DNA from: Octopus vulgaris
Taxonomy: Eukaryota
Assembly: GCA_951406725.2 (NCBI GenBank)
Contig: OX597839.1
Location: 23,250,001-23,314,000 of the forward strand
Direction: 5' to 3'
DNA length: 64,000 nt
Position numbers and translations under genes: made by a program. Below the pieces are notes generated by a model, which ran no database searches, was not told the origin of the DNA, and was given only the letters and a program-made list of their open reading frames with translations. Below, one piece after another: positions 13,195 to 26,140 of the stretch (positions are counted from its first letter, which is position 1; each line of letters starts with the position of its first letter).

Positions 13195-14113
13195 ATGACA
13201 GGCCTGATATTGTTGTTTGGGACAGAGGGGCAAAGGTATGTACCATCATAGAGGTCAGCTGGCCAACAGATATAGATATATATTTGAAAATCAAAGAAAA
13301 AGAGGATGTCCATGGACAACTGCTTCGAAACCTCCAGCTTCTATATCCAGACTATGAATTTATATTTATACAGTGGTGACCTGTATATAGGCACTGCGGA
13401 AGAGCGGCACTCGATATTATTGATAACATTCAATATAAAGAGTCCTTTTTTCTTTAATTCTTTCCTGTACATTAATTGTACATTATATAATCCTTAAGTT
13501 TAATGTCAGTAGCCATCCCTTAGTTTATGACAAAACAAAAATCTTTGTATAGAACTGTGCGCTTCACAGTTCCAATGATGCGGTGTTTGGCTGTTGTGCG
13601 CATGATCACATGTCTGAGATAGGAAGCTTCACACTAGGGAGAGAGAGCACTGCATGAACAACAGTGCTGAGCCCAGTGTTCTGGTGAAAGGTAATGTTTC
13701 TTTTTGACTCCGCATGTATTGTGCTTAAAAAACGTGTTTATATTCTTTAATGTGGTACAGTGTAGAATTAGATTATTATCCTGCTTCCAGCTTCAGTGTT
13801 GCTTCAAGGATTTGAAAAATAGGGCAGATCCCCCACCCACCCTTATTTTGTGATTTAGGGGGGGATTTTTGAAAAACAAGGAGGAATTCACGTCAGTGTT
13901 CAGTGAAGAAATGAAACACACTAACCTGCAGTGGCTAAAACGCAAACCGTTCCAGTTTATGTATAAATTTTCTTTTTATATGTTTGCTTCCTTTGACACA
14001 ATATTAAAACTGGCTGAAAATATTCTGAATCAGCCCCCCCCCTCCCACTAATTCTATGAACCGCCACTGTATCCATACCAATAATAATTGGAGCCTTAGG
14101 TTTTATTAGTAAA

Positions 14114-14497
14114 CTAGCAGTATCGCCCGGCGTTGCTCAGGTTTGTAAGGGAAATAACTATAAAGCATTTTTAGAGAGTTATAGCCAAAAAATAGCAAAA
14201 AAATGGAAAAAAATTATGGTAAATTTTTTTGGAGAGTGAAAAAAGGTGGAATTGCGTCCCCTAGACAGTTTGCGGTTTGTATTTCTGATTCTCGACCCCA
14301 TGTCGAATTTATCGATTTTTTTCAGAACTGGGGGAACTTTTCAAAATTTTCGCTACGTTAGTTTTGAATTATGACATTGGGCTATGTGTGTGTCAAGTTT
14401 CATCAGAATCGGTTGAAAGCCGTGGTCAGGGTGAGGGTACAACCAAACAGACACACAGAAACACGCACAGACAAACTGCCGTTTATATAGAGAGAGA
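14114..14497 (-). mobile_element. Complete non-autonomous Helitron
   Basis: Minus strand starts with TC and ends with CTAG, inserted between A and T with no TSD. A GC-rich subterminal hairpin CCTGAGCAACGCCGGG lies about 12 nt from the 3' end. Second copy at 1-150. Confidence 0.85.
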
Positions 14498-16847
14498 TGC
14501 TTAAAGGAGAATCTGAATAAACTGGAATTTTCAGAAAGAGAAACTGACCGGCATGCATGGGAAAATGGGAATTTTTTCTAGCGTTGTCACATGAAAATGT
14601 TACCCATAATTATAACCCTAGTATCGATCTATTGCATTTCAATCTATTTTAGGGTTAGGGTTAGGGGTGGGGGAAGGGTATAGTTTTTTTCTCTGCAAAT
14701 GTAAATAAACCCAATCTGTTTCTTAAACAAGGGACATAGTCATACAGCACGGAATCTTTTCACCCCAAATGGAGGTGAGTGATTGGTTAAAATTACTGAA
14801 ATGCTCGAAATTTCAGACGAAATATCTTACAACCTATAGAATTTTCTCAATAAAGCCAAGAAAAGATGATGTTTTATAAACACATTCTACCAGTATACGA
14901 ACTTTAAAAGTGTTTAGTTAACTAGAAATTGTGTTGACATCTGCCGTTCAAAAGGAAAAATCTCAAATGTTTTGACTTTGTGGTGCATCTGGAACCGCAT
15001 TAAAACAAACAGGCGTTATTAATTCACATTTTAAAGAAATAGGTATTTTTTATAACAATCTTTAGGATGGCACCGACGTCTACCATTCTCCCATGAATAT
15101 CACTTGTTTTTGCCCATTTTATGACGGCATACTTACATAAGTGTGCCCCTTAGACTTTGTTTCCTCATATCTTTCAGAAAATTGGATATTTAGACAGCAT
15201 ACACTTCATTTATATCGAATTAAATGGGGGGAAAAAAAGAAAGATGGTATGCAAGCGTATACGCCTGCATACGTCGAATATATATTTACAAAATTTCAAG
15301 ACATTTTGTACATATATGTAATGTAACGTGGTGTGTGTGTGTGTGTGTGTGTGAGTGAGAGAGAGAGAGATTTTCCACATTAGATTCTCATATAATTGTA
15401 ATCTACACCATCGGAAAGATATTTGTAGAAAAATTCATTGAAAAAATACCCTTTTTTCCAAAAGTTATGCCGGGGTATAGGTATGCCCATTGCGAACGAA
15501 AAAGGAAACGATCTCGCAGTTGTACTTTAAAAAAAAGGATTATAATAATAAACATCAATTCTGCGCCTTTCCTTCTCCATGTTGTAGGGATAACTATTCC
15601 CTAACTCAGCAAAATTTTAAGGGAAATGCAATCGATTCTCGAAAGAGACTGGCAATTTCTATCGACCCAAGAACGATGGAAGGCAAAGCTGGCCACAGCG
15701 AAATTAAAACTAAGAACTTAAACGACTTAAATTACTATAAAGCAGTAGTTTTCAAACACATTTCGGTGATTGCAATAAATAAAAATTCTCTTAATTAATG
15801 AGAAGTCAAAACAGAGTCAGCCTCCATATAAGTCTTTCTCCTTCATCATGGAGTCGAACAAATTTAATAAGTTTAAAACCATCTAAATTCTATAAAACAT
15901 GGCAATTTGTCTTCTTCCCCTTTCAATCCTCGCAGCTCCCTACGAGAAACACCGCCGTAAGTCATTTTGTCCAACGCACCAACGAGTCTGCCATTGACAC
16001 AGAATTATTAATTATTGCACACTAAGGACTTTCGGCTATATTTATCCTGACAGAATAATTAGAAAAATTTGAAAAACGACTCTAGGAGCCACTACAGTTT
16101 TGCACCTTATTGAGAATTACAATATTGCAGAAATAAAAAGGATGTCAATGTATCTTTACGAAATCGCCGTAAAACAGAAATTGTCCCCCAAAATTCGAAG
16201 CCGTACAAACAGCTTTGTGTTGTTGTTGAATGAAACGAGCTTTCCATGGCATTGTCATCGTTTAAATTAAAGTTCTTCATTGAAAACATGCTTCAATGTT
16301 AATTAAAAAATATCAAATTGACCGCTGGAAGACAATTCAAAACATATTTTTTGAATTGTCTTCCAGTAAAAGTAATGTTAACAAAGATAAACAAAAGTGC
16401 AGAGCTGCAGCCGACAACCAATGCTTTGGCAGACATTTTGGTATACGAAGGCAGACGATAGAAATTGTTGATAGCAAACTACTATTAAAGTTACCTTGCA
16501 GTCCAAATTATGAAAAATAAATGAATGAAATTATGTTGAATGTTAATTATATCAATGTGGAAAGGTATTATAAAGGTATATTTGGTGCTTATTACCATTT
16601 ATCTACGTTCTTTTCCAGGTAGAGAGTAAAATTGCACTATCACCATCAAATCTTATAATTGCTTATAATAAAGTGTAAAGCACTAATTATAATAGCAGAT
16701 AATATTATCAAACGATTATTGTTATCAAAATTATTGGGTCCTAAACGCGTTACAACGTCCGTTTTTATAACGAGCCATTTTTTGTCAATAAATAACATGA
16801 ATTTTTCTTCATTTTAGCAGAGAGTAGCATTTGTGGTTAATGCTTAC

Positions 16848-17156
16848 AACGAAAATGAGAAAAAAATAGTGCAATGGGTGTAAAAAAAAATGTGTAGGAA
16901 ACGAATATGAATTTTAAAAATGCGTGCAAAGCAACGGGAGGGTGGGAAGAGAACCTCGGAAAATTCACAAGATCCGAATTTTTCTCTCTTAAATTTTAGG
17001 AAAATGTTCTTTTTTTTTCAATGAAATTTTATATAAATACTTTTCAAACGGCATATATTACGATTATAAAGTAATTTGTGGAGGAAATCTTTTCAAAGCG
17101 GTGGGGAGAGTACTTCGGAAAATTCACAGGATCCGAGTTTTCCCCACATAACTGTA

Positions 17157-17195
<39 letters not shown>

Positions 17196-18091
17196 ATATA
17201 TATATGTATGTGTGTATATATATATATGTGTGTGTATGTGTATATATGTGTGTGTGAGTATGTATATATGTGTGTGTGAGTATGTATATATATATGTGTG
17301 TGTGAGTATGTATGTATATGTGTGTGTGTGAGTATGTATATATATATATGTGTGTGTGAGAGTATGTATATATATATATGTGTGTGAGTATGTATGTATA
17401 TATGTGTGTGTGAGAGTATGTATATATATATGTGTGTGAGTATGTATATATATATATGTGTGTGAGTATGTATATATATATGTGTGTGTGAGTATGTATA
17501 TATATATATGTATGTATGAGTATGTATATATATATGTATGTATGAGTATGTATATGTATGTATGAGTATGTATATATATATGTATGAGTATGTATATATA
17601 TATATGTATGAGTATGTATATATGTATGTATATATATATATATAAAGAGAAAGAAATTAATAACGAGTGAATAACGACGAAGGGTTAAAATTGTGTAAAA
17701 TGAAACAAAATTGAAGCCAAAAGACTAAAAATTATTGAAAGTGGGTAGAAATAAACACAACGAAGTGTAGTAAGTACTTACACTGGGGTATCTGTGGAAA
17801 GTTGAATGTGATTTCGGAATATGACGAGGAAACAATCGGTTCTTGGGAATTTTCCGAAAGTCCTTCCCCACAAATTACTTTATAATTATAATGAATGCCG
17901 TTTGAAAGGTATTTCTGTAAAATATTGAGAAAAAAAAAACCCATTTTCTTAAAAGTTATGAAGGAAAAATTCCAGATCTTGTGAATTTCCCGAGGTCCTC
18001 TACCCATCCTCCCGTTGTTTTGCGCGCATTTTTTCCCTTATATTCGTTTCCGACACATTTTTTTGCACTATTTTTTTTTCTGATTTTCGTT
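16848..18091. repeat. Diverged long inverted repeat (arms about 16848-17153 and 17820-18091) around a TA/TG microsatellite; foldback/MITE-like
   Basis: For example CTCGGAAAATTCACAAGATC vs GATCTTGTGAATTTCCCGAG, and TATAAAGTAATTTGTGG vs CCACAAATTACTTTATA. Confidence 0.75.
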
Positions 18092-18127
18092 TCCAGGGCA
18101 AGTTGTAAAAGTTAACCGAGAGGCATG

Positions 18128-18547
18128 GGCGATCTTTCGTCTCTAGTAGACCTTTCCGTCGATTTCCGTAAAAAAATTTTTTTTTTTACATATGGGCTTG
18201 CGGGAACTTTTGAAGTAATGAGAGCGAAAGAGACTAAGAGAAAGCGATTGTATGACGAGGGAAGTTCTTTTGAAGTTACCGTGCATGGGAGCATTGATGT
18301 ACATGTGTGTGTGTGTGTTTGATGGGGTGTGGGAGACAGACAGTATGTTGTGTAAGTGAAGTGCTTCTGTTAGTGTGTGTGAAGAGACAGAGTAATGTGT
18401 GAAAGAGAGAGATAACTGAAATTTTTTACTCGGTGTATGTGTATATGTATGTATATTACTTCAAAAGTTCCCGCAAGCCCATATGTAAAAAAAAAATTTT
18501 TTTTTACGGAAATCGACGGAAAGGTCTACTAGAGACGAAAGATCGCC
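18128..18547. mobile_element. MITE with about 92-bp near-perfect TIRs
   Basis: GGCGATCTTTCGTCTCTAGTAGACC...TTGAAGTAAT (18128-18219) is mirrored at 18455-18547. Confidence 0.9.
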
Positions 18548-19257
18548 GTAACCAAGTTCGACCGAGTTTGAAAAGCCATCGATGAACGATTTTCTGCAGC
18601 CCACATTCTTCCTGATATATTAATCTGGTTCGTTGTATAATTTTATTTAGCTGAAAAATAAAGTGTCGCTCTTAAGTGAAAGCCGTTTTGGGGATTATTT
18701 CCATCGTTTTATATGCAACTCAGGAGAAGCAAGATTTTGTATTAAGAGGGCCTGAAACACAACCTTCCAGCTAAACATTCATAATTTTTTATATGAGTAC
18801 CTTTTAAACAGAATGATTCTTAAAAGCGATCAGCATTTTTACACATAGCAAACTGTGGCTACAGTTTACCCCCGACACACAAACACATCGATTTTGTTTC
18901 AGCATAACTTTATAAGAAATGCCTATTTTTTAAATGGAAGTTTGCAGAAACATATTTTCGAGAAGATAGATTAAAATTAAAATTAAAACCTGAAGTTTTG
19001 GGGATTGGATCAATTTCTCTTCTTCAGACATTATTTCCTCCAAACTCTCTTTAAAATGCATATTTTTAAATTTACGTCTTGCCTAAATAAGGATTTTTGC
19101 AGAGTATAGATTACGTAATGTTGATATTTCAGACATATAAACTTGAAAAGAAGCAGTAAAAATGTTGAAGTTACGCATATTGGTGGCAACAGAGTTGATG
19201 ATGGCCCAAAGAATGAGCCAGAATTTCCCAAAAGAATTTTACATCCACGTAAACATA

Positions 19258-19980
19258 CCGTAAATCCTCGAGTATAGTCCGCCCTTGAGTATAATACGCA
19301 GAGGATTTTTAGGGGGCTGTACCTCTGAAAAACCTAAACCTTGTGTATAATACGTACCCCTTCTCTAACTTGAGTCAATGAGGTCTATATACCGTCCTTG
19401 GTTTGTAAAAATGTATACGGTAATGTCCTTTATTATTATCGTATATATAACATAATGCAAACGTGTAGCTTTTTTGTGCATTTTGTTTGCAGAAAATAAA
19501 GAAATAACAGTAATAACGTTTAATAAATGATGTTTACTGCAAGTTTTTTATTTTTTATTTTATCTAGTTTCAGCTCACGAGCTGTGGCCATTCTGGGGCA
19601 CCGCCATTTGAATAGATGAGAAAGCCGGCGATGCGGTTACATAGGATTGAAACAGCTTACGCTAAGACGTCTAGTATCTTAGCATAACGAAGTTACCACA
19701 CGACCAAACTCCCACACCCACGTAAACATACCGTAAATCCTCGAGTATAGTTATGGATGATTCTTTTATGACTTCACTGCTTTCGGGCTTAGGGTATTTT
19801 CGCCCCCCACCCCGGACATCACAAAATGCGTCTGAATAAACATTGCCAGACAGCAAATAGAGACTAGGACATTGCTTAGAAAATGTTTTTTTTATTTTTA
19901 AACTCGTATATAGTACGCACTAGGGATTTTGACCTTTAAATTTTGAGGAAAAAATGCGGATTATACACGAGGATTTACGG
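19258..19980. mobile_element. pogo/Tc2-like non-autonomous element with TA TSD
   Basis: TA|CCGTAAATCCTCGAGTATA ... TATACACGAGGATTTACGG|TA. Confidence 0.8.
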
Positions 19981-20789
19981 TATCTTCACAAAATATCGTT
20001 TAAACAGAAAATCATAAAGAAAAACAAAGTCGAAAAGCAGGGCTGCCACACTGTAGATGTTAGAACTTTTAGCTGTGAGGTTATGAAGACTTTCTTGGTT
20101 TACTACGGAAATGTTGTATACCATTATATAACAAGTGCTGTGTGTTAACTCGTGGAAATAATGCAAGAATCATCCTTTAGAATTACAGCGAGGCCTTATC
20201 CTCTGCTAAATAATACAGTTGACCAAATAAACACATCATGGATTCTGGTGGTTGTATAATTCAGCCATTGTTTGGATAATTCATCTCTGGCCATTGTTGG
20301 TTACAAGTGCTTCATTATATCAGCTGGAAAATAACATGCCCTGTGAAAATCTCTCACCTCTCTAGTCATAATGATTTTACAATGCTATTTATGAGTAAAA
20401 GGGGGCTCACAGCGATCGTTTGAGGATGTTTTATGAACAACGAATTTAGATCCGAGAGCTGTATCCAGTGCAATACTCGGCCAATCAGAATACAAGACTC
20501 AACCAAATGTTCCAAACTCACATGATAGGTCAAACAACCAATCATTAAAGATTAACATGTAGAATCCATTTGTGAATATAAAAGGCTGACCAAACATAAA
20601 ACGGCAGAACAGAAATGAGTTCCACTAAAAACTTTTTATACAAACGTGTAAACATGCGTCAGCATACCTACACAAATGTACCCTTCACCGATTTGTTTTT
20701 CCATAACTTCCTGAAAAATGGGTGGGTTTTTTTTAATAAAATTTTCTGCAAGTACGCTTCAGAAGGTAGAGATTTCATTTATATCAGAA

Positions 20790-21018
20790 GGCGGCGAGCT
20801 GGCAGAAGCGTTTGCGCGCTGGGCAAAATGCTTAGCGGTATTTCGTCTGTCGTTACTTTCTGAGTTCAAATTTCGCCGAGGTCGACTTTGCCTTTCATCC
20901 TTTCGGGGTCGATAAATTAAGTACCAGTTACGCACTGGGGTTGATGTAATCAACTTAATCCCTTTGTCTGTCCTTGTTTGTCCCCTCTATGTTTAGCCCC
21001 TTGTGGGCAGTAAAGAAA
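20790..21018 (+). mobile_element. Full-length SINE family B with TSD
   Basis: TSD TATATCAGAA on both sides. Matches 5189-5418. Confidence 0.9.
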
Positions 21019-22051
21019 TATATATCAGAATTTGTTGTGAAAAAATTTGTCCGAGGGCGGGGAGAGGGGTTTTGAACCATTGACATGAGTTGGCTTTGTT
21101 TCCTCATAACTTTCAGATAAATGGGCATTTTTTAATGAAATTTCCTACAAATACCTTTCAGAGTGTGTAGATTGTGATTATATCAGAATTTTAAAAAACC
21201 AGATTGGTGAGCACACACACATACATACTGACACACATCACATGTATCTACAAAAGGAATCTTGAAATTTCAAAAACAATTGTGAATTAAATTCCAGACT
21301 AAAAACAATTCTACAAGTAATGGAGTTGATATATTATCTGCTAAAAAATCCGTCAAGATAGTGTCCTAGCATGGCTGTAGTCCAATAGCTGAAACAAGCA
21401 AAAGAGCTGTCACACTATGCAGATGATGGACGCTGGGTCACACCCCAGCTTTCAGAGCATTTGGCAGTAAAGGTAGAGAGTTGGTGGAACCATTTGCACA
21501 TTGGACAGAATGCTTAGCAACCATTCTTTCCCAACTCTCTATGTTCTGGTTTCAAATTCCACCAATGTCAACTTTGCCTTTTGTCCTTTCTGGATAGTAG
21601 CAAGTCAGAGAATCCATTTGTGTTATCGCATTGTAGCACAGTTATGCTATGGCAAATCCAGCTAATCAGGGTTGGGTGCATATTAATACCAAAAGCAGTT
21701 CTCTGCCCAAGAAGAGTTAAGCAGGTGTCTTAACCCGTTAGCAAAATTACAGCAGACCAGCAGCATCAGTTGTCAAAGCATGGAAACAGTCCCTCTGGTT
21801 TTTCACACCAACTTCACGCTGCTAGCTCTGAATTATATCAGCCCTCAACTCTGACCACCTCAGGAACAGCCTGTTTCATTTCTGCCGACTTTGCTTTGTG
21901 AAATTCTAAATGATGTCAGCCCACAACTCTGGCTATATCATGTGCAGTATATTTTCGTTTGCACTAGATCCATTTCTCTTAACTTATAACGACTTCCAAC
22001 TGAATCCATTTCTCAAATGTAAGTTATAAAGCTTTCTCTGACACATAAAAG

Positions 22052-22654
22052 TCGAAATCGAACCTCATCCGACGACAGGCACCCATGCCAACCTCCCTTC
22101 ATTGGACACTAAACTCTGCCTGCGAAGACCTGTTGGGGCAAGTGAAATCGGAATCGAAATTGAACCAATCCTATAACTGGCACCCGGCAGTTGCCAGGAC
22201 CACTGGACTGACTCCTGTGCAGGTGGCAAGTGAAGAAACACCATTTCGACCCTGTGCTTGAGGAGATCCATTGAGTCAAGTACACCAACATCAAAATCAA
22301 TGGAAACTGCAGTTGTGATCCCTGTGCCGGTGGCATGTAAAAAGCACCATCTGAACGTGGCCAATGCCAGCACTGCCTCGACTGGCTTCCGTGCCGGTGG
22401 CACGTAAAATGCACCAATCCGATCGTGGCCGTTGCCAGACTCACCTGGCACCTGTGCCAGTGGCACGTAAAAAGCACCCACTACACTCACGGAGTGGTTG
22501 GCATTAGGAAGGGCATCAAGCTGTAGAAACATTGCCAGATCAGACTGGAGCCTGGTGCAGCCTTCTGGCTTCCCAGATCCCCAGTTGAACCGTCCAGTCC
22601 ATGCTAACATGGAGAACGGATGTTAAACGATGATGATGATGATGATGATGATGA
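22052..22654 (+). mobile_element. 5'-truncated RTE LINE 3' UTR
   Basis: CCCTTCATTGGACAC...GCGAAGACCTGTTG is shared with 39870-39930. (GAT)n tail. Confidence 0.85.
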
Positions 22655-23925
22655 TAAACCAGCTATCCTTATATTACTTGTCAGCTCTCGTTATCCTTTA
22701 ATAAATTAAAATATTCTGTATAAAAATGCCTTCTGATATTTTCATTACATATGCTTCTCAAAAGTTCACTTACAGGACACCTCTATAAACTCTTTCACTA
22801 AAGTGGTGACCCTTTTACCTATATTCTCTCTCTAGGGTCAATAAAATAAGTACCAGTTAGGGTTAAGGTTATGACTTACCCACCTCTCTTAAAATTGCTG
22901 GCTTTGTGCTAAAATTTGTAAGCTTTATATTTGGCAATTCAAAAAGATATTTCTCTCCTTGGACACAGATGACAACCTATTGCAAGGTTTTGAACTCAGG
23001 ACAGCAGGCAAACAAAAGGCATCAATCGTAGCTCTTAGATCCATTGCTGAATTATAATTCCACCTCTCCCACCCCACCCCACCACCACACCACTAATCAT
23101 GTTTATTAACAGCAAATTGAGAACGGGCTTCAGAGGGACAAGATGCTCACACAGTCATACCTATCTATTGCCAATGAATGGGTTTTGATTAGTTTGTGAA
23201 TCGAAACCCTCCAATCAGAAAACCGTCCAGTTAATCACGCTAAAAATCATTCTTGCCAAATCTTCAATGATGTCATCTTCTTAGAGCAACAGGAAACAAA
23301 CATTTCCAGGGATTACTTTCGGACAAAAGAACCAGTCATTTAGAAAACCAAAAATCTAAACGAGTTAACTGGTGAAGATTAAGGGGGTTATCTGGCAATC
23401 TGATATTTTACGAGATAATCACCTAAGAAAATATCATCAACAAAGTCTCATCGAAGATTTTATGAAAACAGCCTCCCATAAATTTCTTCCTCTCACCAAT
23501 TCGTCTTGGCTTCATCGGCACTGATTCTACATGACGCATCCTTTTCAAAGTCATTAGCTCTGTACTGAAAATTGGCTCTAATTTGGTATGCTTTATCAGT
23601 GATGCAGCTAGTGTGCAACAGTTGTATAAATGGCTGCTACAATCACTACGATGACTAATCAGGGAAATGCACAACGCAACAAACATCAACTAACATCAAC
23701 CCGGATCTTCTTCTCATAATTTTCTTTGCTTTTCGTTTTTTTACGTTTTCCCCTCTTTCTCTCTCTCTCTCTCTCTCTCTGTGACTCAATAAACCATATT
23801 TTTCTAGATGCTGAATGGTTATCGTAATTAATTGAAAAGTATGGTGGTTCTAACTATATCTACAGCAATCTTATACAGTCTCTTACTCTCTCCCTTTGTC
23901 ATAAACATACATACATATACATATG

Positions 23926-23968
<43 letters not shown>

Positions 23969-24023
23969 CAATCTCCACCCACTAAGGAGGGTCATGAGTG
24001 TAGAGTTTTCAGGCACCACTTAA

Positions 24024-24059
<36 letters not shown>

Positions 24060-24085
24060 GAATATAAATAAAGGGTAAGCTCATA

Positions 24086-24116
<31 letters not shown>

Positions 24117-24126
24117 CCATATATAT

Positions 24127-24369
24127 CATCCAAACGTGGTCGTTGCCAGCACCGCCCCGACTGGCCTCTGTGCTGGTGGCACGTAAAAAGTACCCACTAC
24201 ACTCATGGAGTAGTTGGCGTTAGGAAGGGCATCCAGCCGTAGAAACACTGCCAGATCAGACTGGGCCTGGTGCAGCCTTCTGGCTTCCCAGACCCCAGTT
24301 GAACTGTCCAACCCATGCTAGCATGGAAAGCGGACGTTAAATGATGATGATGATGATGATGATGATGAT
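24127..24369 (+). mobile_element. RTE LINE 3' end in a (TA)n tract
   Basis: GGCGTTAGGAAGGGCATCCAGC...GGACGTTAAA(TGA)n. Confidence 0.85.
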
Positions 24370-24429
24370 ATATATATATATATATATATATACACATGCA
24401 CATATATATTCCCATACATACATATACAT

Positions 24430-24465
<36 letters not shown>

Positions 24466-24497
24466 GTGTGTGTGTGTGTATGTATATATATATATAT

Positions 24498-24962
24498 TGA
24501 AAGAAAGAGAATGGAGAAAGATGGATGTATGAATAATTTAGTTGTATGATATAAAGATGTTGAAATTTGTTTAAAAACATAACAATACAAATAAATTATA
24601 AGCTGTAAAGCTCAAAAATAAAATGGGAGATGCAATAAAAAACCCCTACATATATGTTTCAGTTCCACCCCCAAGTTGATATGCAATTCTAAGCATTTGG
24701 TTATACGCTAAGAATGGTATCATTTTTCACCATATGGGGCAGAACTTCTTCAGGGTTATTATGAGCTTATAGAACTAAGGTTAACATTTCTCATGGGCAA
24801 GAACTGAAACATATATGTAGGCTTTTTCGCACCTCCCATTTTATTTTTGAGCTTTACAACTTGTTATTTATTTGTATTGTTGTTTTGTAATAAATGTCAA
24901 CATCTGTATATCATACAAATGAATTATTCATACCTCCATCTTTCTCCATTTTCTTTCTTTCA
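24498..24962. mobile_element. Penelope-like inverted pLTR pair
   Basis: Diverged inverted arms at 24498-24665 and 24801-24962, each containing GAACTGAAACATATATGTAGG. Abuts (TA)n. Confidence 0.7.
24645..24755 (-). ncRNA. Type I hammerhead ribozyme with a long stem II
   Basis: Minus strand reads CC CTGAAGA AGTTC-TGCCCCA...TGGGGGTG-GAACT GAAA CATATATG TA GG. Palindromic stem III, GUA site. Confidence 0.7.
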
Positions 24963-25027
24963 GGGAATTCTTGAAGGGAATTACCAATGGTGAATGCAGT
25001 GACACACTGTCACACCACATGCCCCTA

Positions 25028-25073
<46 letters not shown>

Positions 25074-25387
25074 GTTTGTCTGTCTGTATATGAGAGGGGG
25101 ACCAGAATGTCAAAGACTCACCTGAGTGGTGCAAAAGTGTCATCCACCAGGTGTTGTAGGGAATCACCAACAAATGGTGAATGGAGTGACACACTGTCAC
25201 AGTGTATGCCCCTGCCGCTATACTACTACTACTACTACTACTACTACTGTCTGTCTGTGTGTATATGGGAGGGGGACCAGAATGTCAAAGAATAGACCCA
25301 ACACATCCTCTGTATATGACAAAAGCCAACTAAAAGAGGATGAGGTAGGATTTGAACTCTGACCTCGTCAAACCATCTCCAGCAATG

Positions 25388-25780
25388 GATGGAAGCACTC
25401 CGTCGGTTACGACGACGAGGGTTCCGGTTGATCCGAATCAACGGAACAGCCTGCTTGTGAAATTAACGTGTAAGTGGCTGAGCACTCCACAGACACGTGT
25501 ACCCTTAACGTAGTTCTCGGGGGATATTCAGCGTGACACAGAGAGTGACAAGGCCGGCCCCTTGAAATACAGGTACAACAGAAACAGGAAGTAAAAGTGA
25601 GAGAAAGTTGTGGTGAAAGAGTACAGCAGGGATCACCACCATCCCTGCCTCGTGGAGCTTTAGGTGTTTTAGGTGTTTTCGCTCAATAAACACTCACAAC
25701 GCCCGATCTGGGAATCGAAACCGCGATCCTACGACCGCGAGTCCACTGCCCTAACCACTGGGCCATTGCGCCTCCACTTG
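25388..25780 (-). mobile_element. tRNA-derived SINE family D with 12-bp TSD
   Basis: Head GGAGGCGCAATGGCCCAGTGGTTAGGGCAG...GGTTTCGATTCCC. TSD TCTCCAGCAATG at 25376 and 25781. Confidence 0.9.
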
Positions 25781-26007
25781 TCTCCAGCAATGACTACCTC
25801 CAGACAGACCCATGGGTTGGAGGGTTCTCACCTGAGTGGTGCAAAGGTGTCATCCACCAGGAGTTGTGGGGAATCACCAACAAATGCTGGCTGCAGCAGC
25901 ACACTGTGGCAGCGCATGCCCCTATATTGCTATTACTATTACATGAGCTTTGTAAACAGGGTCTCCTGTATTAATTACGTTAATGAGGCAAGAGACTACC
26001 TTTCCTT

Positions 26008-26140
26008 GAGATGGAACACACTGTAGCACATTTCCACCGATCAAGATAAATCCCTGTTGGGAGGGCAAGATTGAAAAGAGTTTGGTGAACACAGGGGTAA
26101 CCTCTGGGCTGCAATGTTTCGGGGGTAATGGAACTGTGAC
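26008..26140 (-). pseudogene. Frameshifted fragment of LINE ORF2 just upstream of the RT core (CR1/Jockey/I-like)
   Basis: KHCSPEVTPVFTKLF/NLALPTGIYLDRWKCATVCSISRKG matches the LKxCxxELxxxLxxLFNxSLxTGxFPxxWKxAxVxPIPKKG motif. Confidence 0.65.

Noticed and set aside
13371-14069. Possible old hAT element (CAGTGG...CCACTG) and a C/D snoRNA-like ATGATG...CTGA at about 13575-13618
   Set aside because: The TIR match is only about 6 bp and the TSD is imperfect. The C box is non-canonical and there is no clear terminal stem or guide.
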